Assembly (NCBI GenBank): GCA_021373185.1
Contig: JAJFTF010000005.1
Coordinates: 10,572 to 74,571 of the forward strand
From: Betaproteobacteria bacterium
GTDB lineage: Bacteria > Pseudomonadota > Gammaproteobacteria > Burkholderiales > Sulfuricellaceae
Length of the DNA: 64,000 nucleotides
Direction: 5' to 3'
Part shown: positions 22,265 to 32,274 of the stretch, piece after piece
Numbering within the stretch: position 1 is the first letter of the stretch
How the letters are laid out: every line of letters begins with the position of its first letter
The notes under the pieces: model-generated
Told to the model about the DNA's origin: nothing
What the model saw: the letters and a program-made list of their open reading frames with translations, nothing else
The model's database searches: none
Program-made: the position numbers and the translations under genes

Positions 22265-22660
22265 ATGGCCGCTTTTACGACTGACGAAACTGCAAAGATC
22301 AAGCAAGCTCTGGAGCAGCGTCAACGGCAGCTCATCGAGGAAATCCGCGATGAGCTGGCTAGTTCTGGAGAGCAGCACTACATCGATCTGGCGGGCCGCG
22401 TGACCGATCTGGCCGATGAATCGGTGGCGGATCTGATCGCCGACATGGATGCGGCAATGGTTGACCGGCAGGTTATCGAAGTGCGGGAAATCGAGGCGGC
22501 ATCCGCTCGTCTCGCTGCCGGCGATTTCGGTTCCTGCGTCGATTGCGGCGCTGATATTCCGCTGGCGCGCCTGCTGGCGTACCCGACCGCCGTGCGCTGC
22601 ACGGCATGCCAGGCCGTGCACGAAAAAACCTATGCTCACGCAGGCAACCCATCGCTTTAG
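22265..22660 (+). CDS. TraR/DksA-family C4 zinc-finger protein
   Basis: CVDCG...IPLARL...CTAC; coiled coil with DLAD. Confidence 0.9.
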   Translation: MAAFTTDETAKIKQALEQRQRQLIEEIRDELASSGEQHYIDLAGRVTDLADESVADLIADMDAAMVDRQVIEVREIEAASARLAAGDFGSCVDCGADIPLARLLAYPTAVRCTACQAVHEKTYAHAGNPSL

Positions 22661-22722
22661 AAAGCAGTTTATCCACGGGTACACGGGTTATCAAAAAATT
22701 GTGTCAAGCACGTAGGCCACCC

Positions 22723-22904
22723 TGGTGCGATTCAAACTGATGTGAAATGCAGCATGTAGGTTGGGTTGAGCAGCCTTATCGCGAAACCCAACAAACCTAA
22801 ACAACAAAACCGGCTCTTGAAGTTTGAGTTTATTGGGTTTCGCAAAAAACCGCTCAACCCAACCTACATGTTTGTTTTACGTCACATCAGTTTGAATCGC
22901 ACCC
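22723..22904. mobile_element. MITE-like element (about 180 bp) with 22-bp perfect TIR and 8-bp flanking direct repeat
   Basis: GGTGCGATTCAAACTGATGTGA (22724-22745) inverted at 22882-22903; GGCCACCC at 22715-22722 and 22905-22912. Confidence 0.8.
22753..22870. repeat. GTAG-type REP doublet (REPIN-like)
   Basis: CATGTAGGTTGGGTTGAGC...GCGAAACCCAAC and inverted TTGGGTTTCGC...GCTCAACCCAACCTACATG. Confidence 0.85.
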
Positions 22905-23043
22905 GGCCACCCCTTAAGCCGGTAGGTGGATGGCTTATGAGCAGCGATTTGTTTTATCGGTGTCAATCCGTGCCATCCGTGGCTAAAGGCTTTTTTAAAT
23001 TTATTCACCAGGCGATTTCGCCGCGTTTCGGTTCTATTTCATT

Positions 23044-24936
23044 ATGCCTGTCGTTACCCTGGATAAAGTTTCCCTCGCCTATGGCCACCATCCCTTGCTG
23101 GATCATGCCGATTTGCAGCTCGACCCCGGCGAACGGGTCGGATTGATCGGGCGCAACGGCGGCGGCAAGTCGAGCCTGCTCAAGATCATCGCCGGCGTGG
23201 CGCACCCCGATGACGGCAAAGTGTGGCGCGCGCCGGGGATTAATCTGGCCTATGTGCCGCAGGAGCCGCAACTCGACCCCGATCATACGGTATTCGAAGC
23301 GGTGGCCGAAGGGCTGGTCGGCTTGAGCCAGTTGTTGATCGATTACCATGCGGTTTCCCACGCGCTCGGCGAAGAGGGTGCGGACGTCGATGCGTTGCTG
23401 GAGCGCATGCAGCACTTGCAGGGCGAACTGGAAGCGCGCGACGGCTGGCGTCAGCAAAGCCGCATCGATGCGGTGATGACCCGCCTTGCCTTGCCTGAAG
23501 ACGCGCTGGTTTCGTCGCTTTCCGGCGGTTGGAAAAAGCGCGTGGCGCTGGCTCGTGCGCTGGTTGCCGAGCCCGATGTGCTGGTGCTGGACGAGCCCAC
23601 CAACCATCTCGATCTCGCCGCCATCGAATGGCTGGAAGAGCTGCTCAAATCTTTTGTCGGCGGCGTCTTGTTCGTCACCCACGACCGGCGCTTTCTCGAC
23701 AATGTCGCCACGCGGATTGTCGAACTGGATCGCGGGCAACTGGCCAGTTTCCCCGGCAACTTCTCCGCCTTCCAGCGCCGGAAGCAGGAGATGCTCGAAG
23801 CTGAAGAAGTCTTTAACGCAAAATTCGACAAGGTTCTGGCCCAGGAAGAGGTGTGGATTCGCCAGGGCATCAAGGCTCGCCGCACCCGCAACGAAGGCCG
23901 TGTGCGGCGGCTGGAGCAGTTGCGGCGCGAACATACGGCACGCATCAACCAGACCGGCAAGGCCCGCCTCGCGCTAGATGCGGGAGATCGCTCCGGCAAG
24001 CTGGTGGCAGAACTGGAGCATGTTTCCAAGTCTTTCGGCGACAAGCCCATCATCCGGGATTTTTCCACGCGCATCATGCGCGGCGACCGCATCGGCCTGA
24101 TCGGGCCGAACGGCGCGGGCAAGACTACCCTGCTCAAGCTGATACTGGGCGAGTTGCAGCCCGATTCCGGCACGGTGAAGAGTGGCACCAAACTCGCCGT
24201 CGCCTATTTCGACCAGATGCGCGAGCAGCTCGACGAGGAGGCGACGCTGATCGACACGATCAGCCAGGGCAACGACTTCATCGAAATCGGCGAGGTGAAA
24301 AAACACGTCATCAGCTACCTCGGCGATTTTCTCTTTCCGCCGCAGCGCGCGCGCGCCAAGGTGTCGTCCCTCAGCGGAGGCGAGCGCAACCGCCTGTTGC
24401 TGGCGCGCCTGTTCACCCGTCCTGCAAACGTGCTGGTGCTGGACGAGCCGACCAACGACCTCGACATCGAAACGCTGGAGCTGCTCGAAGAGCTGCTGCT
24501 GGAATATTCCGGCACTTTGTTCCTGGTCAGCCATGACCGGACATTCCTCGACAATGTGGTGACCTCGACCATCGCTTTCGAAGGCGATGGCCACCTGGCC
24601 GAATATGCCGGCGGCTATGAAGACTGGCTGCGCTGCCGCCCGCGCCCCACAGGCGAAACCGCGAAACCGGCTGCAGTTGTCGTTGCGCCGAAACCAGAGG
24701 CCAAGCCGGTGGCAAAAGCCAAGCTTTCCTTCAAGGAAATTCGCGAACTGGAGGCGTTACCCAAGCAAATCGAGGTGCTGGAGCAGGAGCAGCAGGCCAT
24801 CGGTGAAAAGCTGGCGGACGGTGAACTTTACCGCGCCGATCCCGGCGAGGTAAAGCGCCTGCAGGCGCGCAATACCGAGATCGAGGAAACGCTGCTGAAG
24901 GTAATGGCGCGCTGGGAAGAACTCGAAGGAAAGTAG
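23044..24936 (+). CDS. uup: ABC-F family ATPase Uup
   Basis: Two Walker A motifs (GRNGGGKS, GPNGAGKT), RRTRNEGR linker, C-terminal coiled coil. Confidence 0.93.
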   Translation: MPVVTLDKVSLAYGHHPLLDHADLQLDPGERVGLIGRNGGGKSSLLKIIAGVAHPDDGKVWRAPGINLAYVPQEPQLDPDHTVFEAVAEGLVGLSQLLIDYHAVSHALGEEGADVDALLERMQHLQGELEARDGWRQQSRIDAVMTRLALPEDALVSSLSGGWKKRVALARALVAEPDVLVLDEPTNHLDLAAIEWLEELLKSFVGGVLFVTHDRRFLDNVATRIVELDRGQLASFPGNFSAFQRRKQEMLEAEEVFNAKFDKVLAQEEVWIRQGIKARRTRNEGRVRRLEQLRREHTARINQTGKARLALDAGDRSGKLVAELEHVSKSFGDKPIIRDFSTRIMRGDRIGLIGPNGAGKTTLLKLILGELQPDSGTVKSGTKLAVAYFDQMREQLDEEATLIDTISQGNDFIEIGEVKKHVISYLGDFLFPPQRARAKVSSLSGGERNRLLLARLFTRPANVLVLDEPTNDLDIETLELLEELLLEYSGTLFLVSHDRTFLDNVVTSTIAFEGDGHLAEYAGGYEDWLRCRPRPTGETAKPAAVVVAPKPEAKPVAKAKLSFKEIRELEALPKQIEVLEQEQQAIGEKLADGELYRADPGEVKRLQARNTEIEETLLKVMARWEELEGK

Positions 24937-25011
24937 CGCTTGATATATCTCATTGCGGATAATGAGTGAAATGTTGTCTTATTGGCGCATCGTTTTTGCG
25001 ACTGACTATCT

Positions 25012-26259
25012 GTGATCAAGAACCTGTTTTTTCTGCTGCTGGTTTTTCCCCTGACCGCAACGGCAGCTTTCCCCTCGTTCCAGGCGCTGATCGACGCTAC
25101 GCCTGCCGGCGGTACCTTGCGCCCGAAACCGGGCACCTATGCCGGGCCGGCAACGATCTCGCGCCAGATCGCCATTGATGGCGGCGGCAAGGTGACGGTG
25201 GATGGCGGCGGCATCGGCTCGGTGCTGCTCATCGACAGCAGCAGAGTGGTGGTGCGGGGGTTGCGCCTGACCAATTCGGGGGAATCCCACGACCGCATGG
25301 ATAGCGGCATTACGCTGACCGGCAACGAAAATCGGATCGAGGACAACGTGGTCGAAGGTACGTTGTTCGGCATCAGTCTGAAACGGGCCAACCACAATGT
25401 TTTGCGGCGCAACCGCATTCGCTCCAAACCGGCAGAACTGGCGATGCGCGGTGAGAGCATCCGTCTCTGGTACAGCATGGATAACCTGATCGAGGGCAAC
25501 GATATCGATCAGGCGCGCGATCTCGTGATGATGAATTCGCCGCGCAATCGTATCGTCGGCAATGTCATTCGCAACAGCCGTTACGGCATCCACCTGTTTT
25601 TTTCGCCGGATAGCGTGCTGGAAGGCAACTCGCTCTACCATACCGCCACCGGTATCATCGTGCTGAACTCAGACCGGGTGATGGTGCGGCGTAACCTGAT
25701 CTTTCATTCGCTGGGCGTGAGCGGCGCGGGGCTGGCCTTCAAGATGAGTGCGGAGGACGTGGCGGATGGCAATGAAATCGTCCATTGCGCCGTCGGCATC
25801 CTCGCGGATTCGCCGGTCGAAGCGGCGGGAAAGACCCTGTTGCGCGGCAACCGGATCGCCCATAATGCCGTCGGCATACGGTTCTACGGCGAGCGCGGCG
25901 GCCATGCCCTGTATGGCAACAGCTTCGAGAACAACCTGATCCATGTCGCCATGTTCGGCAGCGGCGATGCGCTCGCCAACGATTTCCGCGGCAATTACTG
26001 GGACGATTATCAGGGTTTCGACCGCAATCACGACGGCATCGGCGATATCCCGCATGAGCTTTATGCCTACACAGACCGGATCTGGATGGAAATTCCCATG
26101 GCGCGTTTTTTCCGCAACTCTCCCGCGTTGGAACTGCTGGATTTTCTTGAGCGGTTGGCGCCATTCTCCGCGCCAGACCTGGTTCTGCGAGATGCTGCGC
26201 CGGTATTCAACAAGCCGGCATGGCGGCTGAATACATCTGGGAAAACCGCGATTCAATAG
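25012..26259 (+). CDS. nosD: NosD-family periplasmic parallel beta-helix protein
   Basis: Signal peptide, repeated GN/RN beta-helix coils, GNYWDDY.G.D...DGIGDIP motif. Confidence 0.8.
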   Translation: MIKNLFFLLLVFPLTATAAFPSFQALIDATPAGGTLRPKPGTYAGPATISRQIAIDGGGKVTVDGGGIGSVLLIDSSRVVVRGLRLTNSGESHDRMDSGITLTGNENRIEDNVVEGTLFGISLKRANHNVLRRNRIRSKPAELAMRGESIRLWYSMDNLIEGNDIDQARDLVMMNSPRNRIVGNVIRNSRYGIHLFFSPDSVLEGNSLYHTATGIIVLNSDRVMVRRNLIFHSLGVSGAGLAFKMSAEDVADGNEIVHCAVGILADSPVEAAGKTLLRGNRIAHNAVGIRFYGERGGHALYGNSFENNLIHVAMFGSGDALANDFRGNYWDDYQGFDRNHDGIGDIPHELYAYTDRIWMEIPMARFFRNSPALELLDFLERLAPFSAPDLVLRDAAPVFNKPAWRLNTSGKTAIQ

Positions 26260-26271
26260 CGTTTTTCAGGC

Positions 26272-26484
26272 TTATCGTTTCCGCAACGGATCAAGCAGCG
26301 GCGACAAGCCGTTGTGATCCATCTCCTGCATCAGCGCCAATAGCCGACCGATTTCCCCATCCGGGAAACCGGTGCGGGCAAACCAGTTAAGGTATTGTCC
26401 CGGCAGGTCGGCAATCAGGCGGCCCTTGTATTTGCCATAAGGCATGACAAGAGTAACCAGGCGTTCCAAATCTTCAGGATTCAA
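26272..26484 (-). CDS. DUF3820-family small protein
   Basis: MPYGKYKGRLIADLP..YL.WF motif. Confidence 0.85.
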   Translation of the reverse strand: MNPEDLERLVTLVMPYGKYKGRLIADLPGQYLNWFARTGFPDGEIGRLLALMQEMDHNGLSPLLDPLRKR

Positions 26485-26496
26485 GTTGGTTGCGCT

Positions 26497-27612
26497 TCAA
26501 GATCCAATCATCTGCCGCACCACCGAATTGAACGGCGCGATCCATTCTTCGGCAAACTGATTGTCGCAGGCGTTGACCTCGGCAATGGCGCGCAGCATGG
26601 AGCGGCCCTGGCCGCGGTGGGCATGTTTCAGCATCACCGCTTCGAAGGCATCCACCATGGCCAGGATCTTGGCGCCGGCGCAGATCTGGTCGGACATCAG
26701 TCTATTCGGGTAACCGGCGCCATCGGGTGTTTCATGGTGTTGCGCCACCATTTCTGCAGCCGCTTTCCAGTTTGGCATGCGTTCCAGCAGACCTGCACCG
26801 AAGTCGGGGTGGGCGCGCAGGGCCGTCATGTCGCTCTCGCTGATTTTCCCCGATCTGGTCAGCCAGATCGATTCTGGCAGCAGCGTCATGCCGATGTCGT
26901 GCATGTAGATGGCTGCTTCCAGTTGTACCGGATCGACCGGTTTGCCGGCAGCCAGATTGGTCGCCAGGGCGAGGCGCAGCATGCGGATGGTGCGACCGCG
27001 GAAATGAGGGGAGCGACTTTCAAGCTGTTGCGCCAGCGAACGGAAAAAGCGCAGGTCAGCGGCGATTTTATTTTCGGCGCGGGGAATCGCGGAATGCTCC
27101 ACCTTGCCAGTCGGGGAGGTGGCCGCACCAATGGCCGGGCGGAAGCTGGTGACCGATTCGATGATATCGCCGATCATGCCATCCATCTGGTCTTGCCCCA
27201 CCTTGCTCAGTCTTTCCAGACCCTCCACCAGTTTGATGAGTTGCAGGTGAGCGAGCGACTTTCCCACGCCCAGCGTTTCCACGGCGAGTTCCAGGCGGTC
27301 AATTGTCAGCAGGATCATTTCGCCGAGCAGTTCGGTAAAGGCCAGCTCGCCGGAGCGTACCCGTCCCAGCAGGGTTTCGAGCGGGTGGCAGATGGTTACG
27401 CCCATCTCGACCTTGCACAGGGAAGCATCCCCCTTGAGGTTGTGCAGGGTGCGAAACAGGTTGGACATGATCTCCGGGTCGGCGGGCGACTCTTTTAACC
27501 GGGCTACATCCTGCTCGATCTTGGGAGCGAGATCCTTGAGGTCGTCCTGGTATTCCTCGAACGATTCGCGATCTTCGATTTTTGGCTGGGTCAGCGCTTG
27601 CAGGTTTGCCAT
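26497..27612 (-). CDS. Hpt domain fused to HD-GYP phosphodiesterase
   Basis: LFRTLHNLKG (Hpt His); MHDIG and HHETPDGAGYP (HD-GYP). Confidence 0.85.
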   Translation of the reverse strand: MANLQALTQPKIEDRESFEEYQDDLKDLAPKIEQDVARLKESPADPEIMSNLFRTLHNLKGDASLCKVEMGVTICHPLETLLGRVRSGELAFTELLGEMILLTIDRLELAVETLGVGKSLAHLQLIKLVEGLERLSKVGQDQMDGMIGDIIESVTSFRPAIGAATSPTGKVEHSAIPRAENKIAADLRFFRSLAQQLESRSPHFRGRTIRMLRLALATNLAAGKPVDPVQLEAAIYMHDIGMTLLPESIWLTRSGKISESDMTALRAHPDFGAGLLERMPNWKAAAEMVAQHHETPDGAGYPNRLMSDQICAGAKILAMVDAFEAVMLKHAHRGQGRSMLRAIAEVNACDNQFAEEWIAPFNSVVRQMIGS

Positions 27613-27715
27613 TCGGTATCCCCTCGTTGTCGGGCAGGTTTATTGATTTCAGATAGTATCGGCGCTTAATGACTGTGGCAATAGCCGTAACTTGAATGGA
27701 CGTTTGCCAATGGCG

Positions 27716-27743
27716 AAAAAAAACCCGGCATGCCGGGTTTTTT
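27716..27743 (-). terminator. Intrinsic terminator after cold-shock gene
   Basis: A8-CCCGGCATGCCGGG-T6. Confidence 0.85.
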
Positions 27744-27760
27744 CTGGTTCGCCGTGAAGC

Positions 27761-27964
27761 TTAACCTGCCTGGATGTTCGAGGCTTGTTTGCCTTTAGGT
27801 CCTGCAGTTACGTCGAAAGTCACGCGCTGGTTTTCCTGCAGCGTCTTGAAGCCGCCAGCCTGGATCGCCGAGAAGTGCGCGAACAAATCTTCGCTGCCAT
27901 CATCAGGGGTAATGAATCCAAAGCCTTTAGCATCGTTAAACCATTTTACAATTCCAGTTGCCAT
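27761..27964 (-). CDS. cspA: Cold-shock protein (CspA family)
   Basis: [24 protein letters not shown] motifs; paralog name uncertain. Confidence 0.95.
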   Translation of the reverse strand: MATGIVKWFNDAKGFGFITPDDGSEDLFAHFSAIQAGGFKTLQENQRVTFDVTAGPKGKQASNIQAG

Positions 27965-28349
27965 TGTGTTTTTCCTAAACTCAAAAAATTATTTGGGCGA
28001 GAATGCCCGTGTCTATCGAATCAAGAAAAAACAGGAACTATTTGATCGTATCGCAATTAAAAGCTTGAATTCTTTAGAGCACGAGCAAGTCTACAGTATT
28101 TCTGAGCAAGACAGGGCGAAGTTTCGAGTAAAAGTATTCTTTATTCGTACAAGGGCGCAATTTATTCTGCATGATTTCCGGTTAATGAGTCGGCCATTAA
28201 ATAGATTGAAATGGCCGCTCTATCGTAGGCTGGTGGTGAGCAAAGCGAACCCCAGCATGTTCGCGGTTACCAAACGCTGGGGTTCGTGCCTCACCACCAG
28301 CCTACAAAAATATTTAATGGTCGACTCAATAATGGCTGGCCCTGCTGGG

Positions 28350-30329
28350 TTACAGCTTGAATGTCGCAATCGCGCGCCGCAAGGCGGCCAAGGCATCTTT
28401 GCCCGTTTGCCCTCCATAGCGCAACGCAACATAGCGGGCGGTGATGTCGGCTATGCCCGGCGCTGATTGTGGTTTGATTCGGGCAGCGCGTGCGGCGAAA
28501 TCCTGCGCACCCTCATGCGCGGCGCGCACGATGCCTGCCCTGGCCAGCTTGCGGCAAAATTTCAGGTACAGGCGTTGTGCTGCGTCGGTGTCGCGCACAT
28601 AGACGCGGCGCAGCATGTGCAGGGCGTACAGCCCGACCAGCAGCGCGATCCATTCCATTATGCCGATTGCCATGTTCTGCCAGGTGACGAATTCCATTCC
28701 CATGTGGGTCAGGAAGGCGAATTGCCGCTCCGTGTCATACCCCAGCACCCACTGGTTCCACTGGTTGGTCATCAGGTCGAGATTGGCGCGCAGGCCGAGC
28801 AGCCACGACCATTGCGTGCGCGCCATGAACGGCAGCACGGTGCTGTCCGCCAGGCCGCTATTCAGGATGGCGGCGGCGAGGCCGTTCTGCACGCGCAGCG
28901 GCGCAATGGTGGCGGTGGGATCGATGCGCACCCAGCCGCGCTCGCGCAGCCACACTTCGGCCCAGGCATGGGCATCGGACTGGCGCACGATGTAGTAATT
29001 GCCGAGCCGATTGTATTCACCGCCCTGGTAGCCGGTTACCACGCGGGCGGGAATGCCTGCCGCACGCATCAGGAACACGAAACTGGAGGCGTAGTGTTCG
29101 CAGAAACCCTTGCGGGAATCGAACAGGAAGTCGTCCACCGAGTGCGCTCCCAGCAGCGGAGGTCTCAGCGTGTAGAAAAATTCCTCGCGGTTGAAATATT
29201 TGAGGGCTGCCTGCAACACGGCTTCATCGTCATGCAGGCTGGCGCGCCATTCTGCGGCGAGTTGCCGGGTGCGGGGATTCCGTCCGGGTGGAAGCCGCAA
29301 TGCACGTTGCAGCTCGCGCGGCTCTTCTTCGGCATTGGCGCGGTAGCCCAACTGCGAGTGCGCAGTGTAGCGCAGGCGCGAGGTGACCGCGGTTCTTTGC
29401 TGGAACTGGAAGTCGTTGCCCAGCATGGCCGGGATAGAAAGCCGCGTCGGCATTTCCAGCGCAAACAGCCAGGTTTTGTTGTGCGGCTCCAGCGTCACGG
29501 TGTAATCGACCGGTTTGTCCAGATTATCCAGTTGCGGCTGTTTGGCCCGAGTTGTCCAGCCTTGCGTCCAGGTGCGACCGTCGAACTCCTGCAGTACCGG
29601 GCCGCGCCAGTACATTTGCGTGTGCGGCGGCGCTGCGCCGTTGAACGTGACGCGGAATGCCACTGCATCGGACAGCGAAAGCTGGCTCAGGCTGCCGGGA
29701 GACATCTTGTCGTCCAGCCCGCTGCGGCCATATGCGTCCTGCGGCAGCCCCCACAATGGCCCCGGTACGCGCGGGAACAGGACAAACAGCACCAGCATCA
29801 GCGGGATTGCCTGAAGCAGCAGCATGACCGCGATGCGCAGGCGTGGGCGCAGGGCCGGCGCACCGGGTTGCAGTTGCAACCATGTCGTCACGATGGCCAG
29901 CAGCGTGACGAGCATGAACAGCGCGGTGACGATGCTTTGCGAATAAAGAAAATTGGTGATGACGATGAAGCAGGCAAGGTAAATTGCCACGAATGCATCG
30001 CGCCGGGTGCGCAGTTCCAGCAGCTTGAGCGCGGCAAGCAGGATCAGCAGGGATACGCCGACATCGCGTCCGAAGAAAGTATGGAAGCCGACCAGAATGC
30101 CGCCGATGCTGCCCAGCGTGACAATGAGCAGCAGCCAGCGCGGCGGCAGCGTGGCGCTACGGTAGGACAGGTAGGCGCGCCACCCCAGCAGCGTGGCGCA
30201 CAGCAGGCTGACCCATGGCGGCAAGTGGGCGACATGGGGGGCGCTGACCAGCAGGATGCAGGCGAGCAAGCCATAAATGAGGCGGACGTCATTCACCTGC
30301 GGCGGGATTTTTTTCGCGAACAGCCTCAT
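28350..30329 (-). CDS. tgpA: DUF3488 plus transglutaminase protein (TgpA-like)
   Basis: TM N-terminus; GFCEHYASS...HAWAEV...DPT Cys-His-Asp triad. Confidence 0.9.
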   Translation of the reverse strand: MRLFAKKIPPQVNDVRLIYGLLACILLVSAPHVAHLPPWVSLLCATLLGWRAYLSYRSATLPPRWLLLIVTLGSIGGILVGFHTFFGRDVGVSLLILLAALKLLELRTRRDAFVAIYLACFIVITNFLYSQSIVTALFMLVTLLAIVTTWLQLQPGAPALRPRLRIAVMLLLQAIPLMLVLFVLFPRVPGPLWGLPQDAYGRSGLDDKMSPGSLSQLSLSDAVAFRVTFNGAAPPHTQMYWRGPVLQEFDGRTWTQGWTTRAKQPQLDNLDKPVDYTVTLEPHNKTWLFALEMPTRLSIPAMLGNDFQFQQRTAVTSRLRYTAHSQLGYRANAEEEPRELQRALRLPPGRNPRTRQLAAEWRASLHDDEAVLQAALKYFNREEFFYTLRPPLLGAHSVDDFLFDSRKGFCEHYASSFVFLMRAAGIPARVVTGYQGGEYNRLGNYYIVRQSDAHAWAEVWLRERGWVRIDPTATIAPLRVQNGLAAAILNSGLADSTVLPFMARTQWSWLLGLRANLDLMTNQWNQWVLGYDTERQFAFLTHMGMEFVTWQNMAIGIMEWIALLVGLYALHMLRRVYVRDTDAAQRLYLKFCRKLARAGIVRAAHEGAQDFAARAARIKPQSAPGIADITARYVALRYGGQTGKDALAALRRAIATFKL

Positions 30330-31285
30330 GAATTTCGCTCACTCGACCCGAACAGCGCCAGCGCACGCAAGCACTCGGCGCGGTGTGCTGCGCCGTGTTG
30401 CGGCGGTAGTTCGATAGCGGGCAGGCGCAGGCCATAAGGCAGTTTTTGCGCGTCGGCATCCAGCACCCACCGCGCCAGGATCTCCAGTTTGCGCTCGGCA
30501 TGCACGGCGGGCAGCAGCGACCAGTCCAGCCAAAGCTCCTGTCCCTGCGGCGTGCTGAATTGCTTGACCTGCAAGCCCTGTTCGCGCGCCAGCGCTTTCC
30601 AGGCGATACGCGGCATGGCATCGCCGGCGACATAATTGCGCAGCCCGGAAAAATCTTCGTCGCCCGTCATGTTGAATGCACCCAGGCCGCTTTGTGTCAG
30701 GCTGGCGGGCAATGGCTGCGGCGCGGCAGGCTTGGGATAGACCAGGCAACGCACATCGAATTGCAGGTATGACCAGGCATGGAACAGGCCGAGCGGGTAT
30801 TCGGTAAACAGGGTCAGCCGCCCGCTGCTCAGCCAGCCGCGTTGAGGTGCCGGCAGCGGCAGCCGGACTTCGCTGGTGTGTTGCGCGGCAACGCCGAAGG
30901 TGACGCAATGCCTGCTATCGTCACGCAGGTTGAGGCTGAAGCGCGGCAGGGTGCTGGCGTTGTGGAAGTGAAACACGAACTGCGCCATGTCTCCGGCGAA
31001 CACAGAATCGACCCGGCCCGCGCTTATTTCCAGTTGCGCCATGTCGCGGAAGGCATGCAGCATGGTCATCAGGGCGGCGGTGCCGAGCAGGAAGGTGAGC
31101 ACGTAGCCCAGGCTCAGGTTGTAGTTGACGTCGCCCAGCAGCATCACCAGCAGCAGGACGGCAAAGCCGAAACCCTGGCGGGTGGGCAGGATGAAGATGC
31201 GGCGCTGGTTGAGCGTGACCGCGCCGCTGTCGATTTTTGGCCGGAACAGCCAAGTGCGGAATCGTTGTTTGAGTGCGGTCAGCAC
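30326..31285 (-). CDS. DUF58 protein
   Basis: DFSGLRNYVAGD...IAWKALAR motif; moxR-DUF58-TGase operon. Confidence 0.9.
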   Translation of the reverse strand: MLTALKQRFRTWLFRPKIDSGAVTLNQRRIFILPTRQGFGFAVLLLVMLLGDVNYNLSLGYVLTFLLGTAALMTMLHAFRDMAQLEISAGRVDSVFAGDMAQFVFHFHNASTLPRFSLNLRDDSRHCVTFGVAAQHTSEVRLPLPAPQRGWLSSGRLTLFTEYPLGLFHAWSYLQFDVRCLVYPKPAAPQPLPASLTQSGLGAFNMTGDEDFSGLRNYVAGDAMPRIAWKALAREQGLQVKQFSTPQGQELWLDWSLLPAVHAERKLEILARWVLDADAQKLPYGLRLPAIELPPQHGAAHRAECLRALALFGSSERNS

Positions 31286-31304
31286 GGGCGTGGGGTCTGT
31301 GCCT

Positions 31305-32222
31305 TCAGGGGATCGGCACGGCCTCGATCAGCGCTCTGGCAAGCTTGTCGCCATCCGATGCCTGCACATCCTGCACGCCTTGCAGGCGGTGGCTGGCGAC
31401 GCCCGGCAATACCGCCTGCACGTCTTCCGGCATCACCGCATTGCGTTCGTCCAGCAGCGCCCAGGCGCGCGCGGCGGCGATCAGCGACAGCCCAGCACGC
31501 GGCGACAGACCATGCACAAAGCGCGCCGATTCGCGGGTGTGGCGCAGGATGGCTTGCACGTAATCGAGCAGGGCGGGGGAAACGAAGACTTGTTTCACTT
31601 GCTGTTGCAGCGCCAGCAGTTCTGCGGCCTCCATCTGCGGCGCGAGGCCGGAGATGATCTCGCGCCGCTCCACGCCGGAGAGCAGGCCGCGCTCCGCCTG
31701 CGCATCCGGGTAGCCGAGCTGGATGCGCATCAGGAAGCGGTCGAGCTGCGATTCCGGCAGTGAAAAAGTGCCGATATGGTAAGTCGGGTTCTGCGTGGCG
31801 ATAACGAAGAATGGCGTCGGCAGCGGGCGCGTGACGCCCTCGATGGTCACCTGCTGCTCCTCCATCGCCTCCAGCAGCGCGCTTTGCGTTTTCGGTGTGG
31901 CGCGGTTGATCTCATCGGCCAGCACCATTTGCGCGAAGATCGGCCCGGCGTGGAACTTGAATTCGCCGCTGTCGCGCTGGTACACCGACACGCCGAGAAT
32001 GTCGGCGGGCAGCATGTCGCTGGTGAACTGGATGCGCTGGAACTGCAAGCCGAGCGAGCGAGCCAACCCATGTGCCAGTGTCGTCTTGCCGACACCCGGC
32101 AGATCCTCGATCAGCAAATGGCCGCGCGCCAGCAGGCAGGCCAGTGCCAGCCTGATCTGGTGCGGCTTGCCGAGGATGACCTGCTCGGCCTGGCGAATGA
32201 CGTTGCGCAGTGAATTGCTCAT
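31305..32222 (-). CDS. moxR: MoxR-family AAA+ ATPase
   Basis: EDLPGVGKT, ADEINRA, ATQNP, LPESQLDRF. Confidence 0.95.
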   Translation of the reverse strand: MSNSLRNVIRQAEQVILGKPHQIRLALACLLARGHLLIEDLPGVGKTTLAHGLARSLGLQFQRIQFTSDMLPADILGVSVYQRDSGEFKFHAGPIFAQMVLADEINRATPKTQSALLEAMEEQQVTIEGVTRPLPTPFFVIATQNPTYHIGTFSLPESQLDRFLMRIQLGYPDAQAERGLLSGVERREIISGLAPQMEAAELLALQQQVKQVFVSPALLDYVQAILRHTRESARFVHGLSPRAGLSLIAAARAWALLDERNAVMPEDVQAVLPGVASHRLQGVQDVQASDGDKLARALIEAVPIP

Positions 32223-32274
32223 GGTGATGGCCTGTGAATTGGTTTTATGGAAAACAGTTTAGCCACGGATCAAT
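32186..32274. repeat. Copy A of about 90-bp direct repeat (moxR leader plus first 12 codons)
   Basis: Aligns to 32755-32845 with about 7 differences. Confidence 0.9.

Larger units (their letters stand above)
22661..22999. repeat. Second CCACGG/ATCCGTGG inverted-repeat element, containing a MITE
   Basis: Left arm aaagcagtttatccacgggtacacggg; right arm atttgttttatcggtgtcaatccgtgccatccgtggctaaaggc, similar to arms at 22006-22166. Confidence 0.75.

Noticed and set aside
24938-24975. FNR-like or Fur-like sequence upstream of nosD
   Set aside because: Too many mismatches to either consensus (TTGATatatCTCAT; partial GATAATGA).
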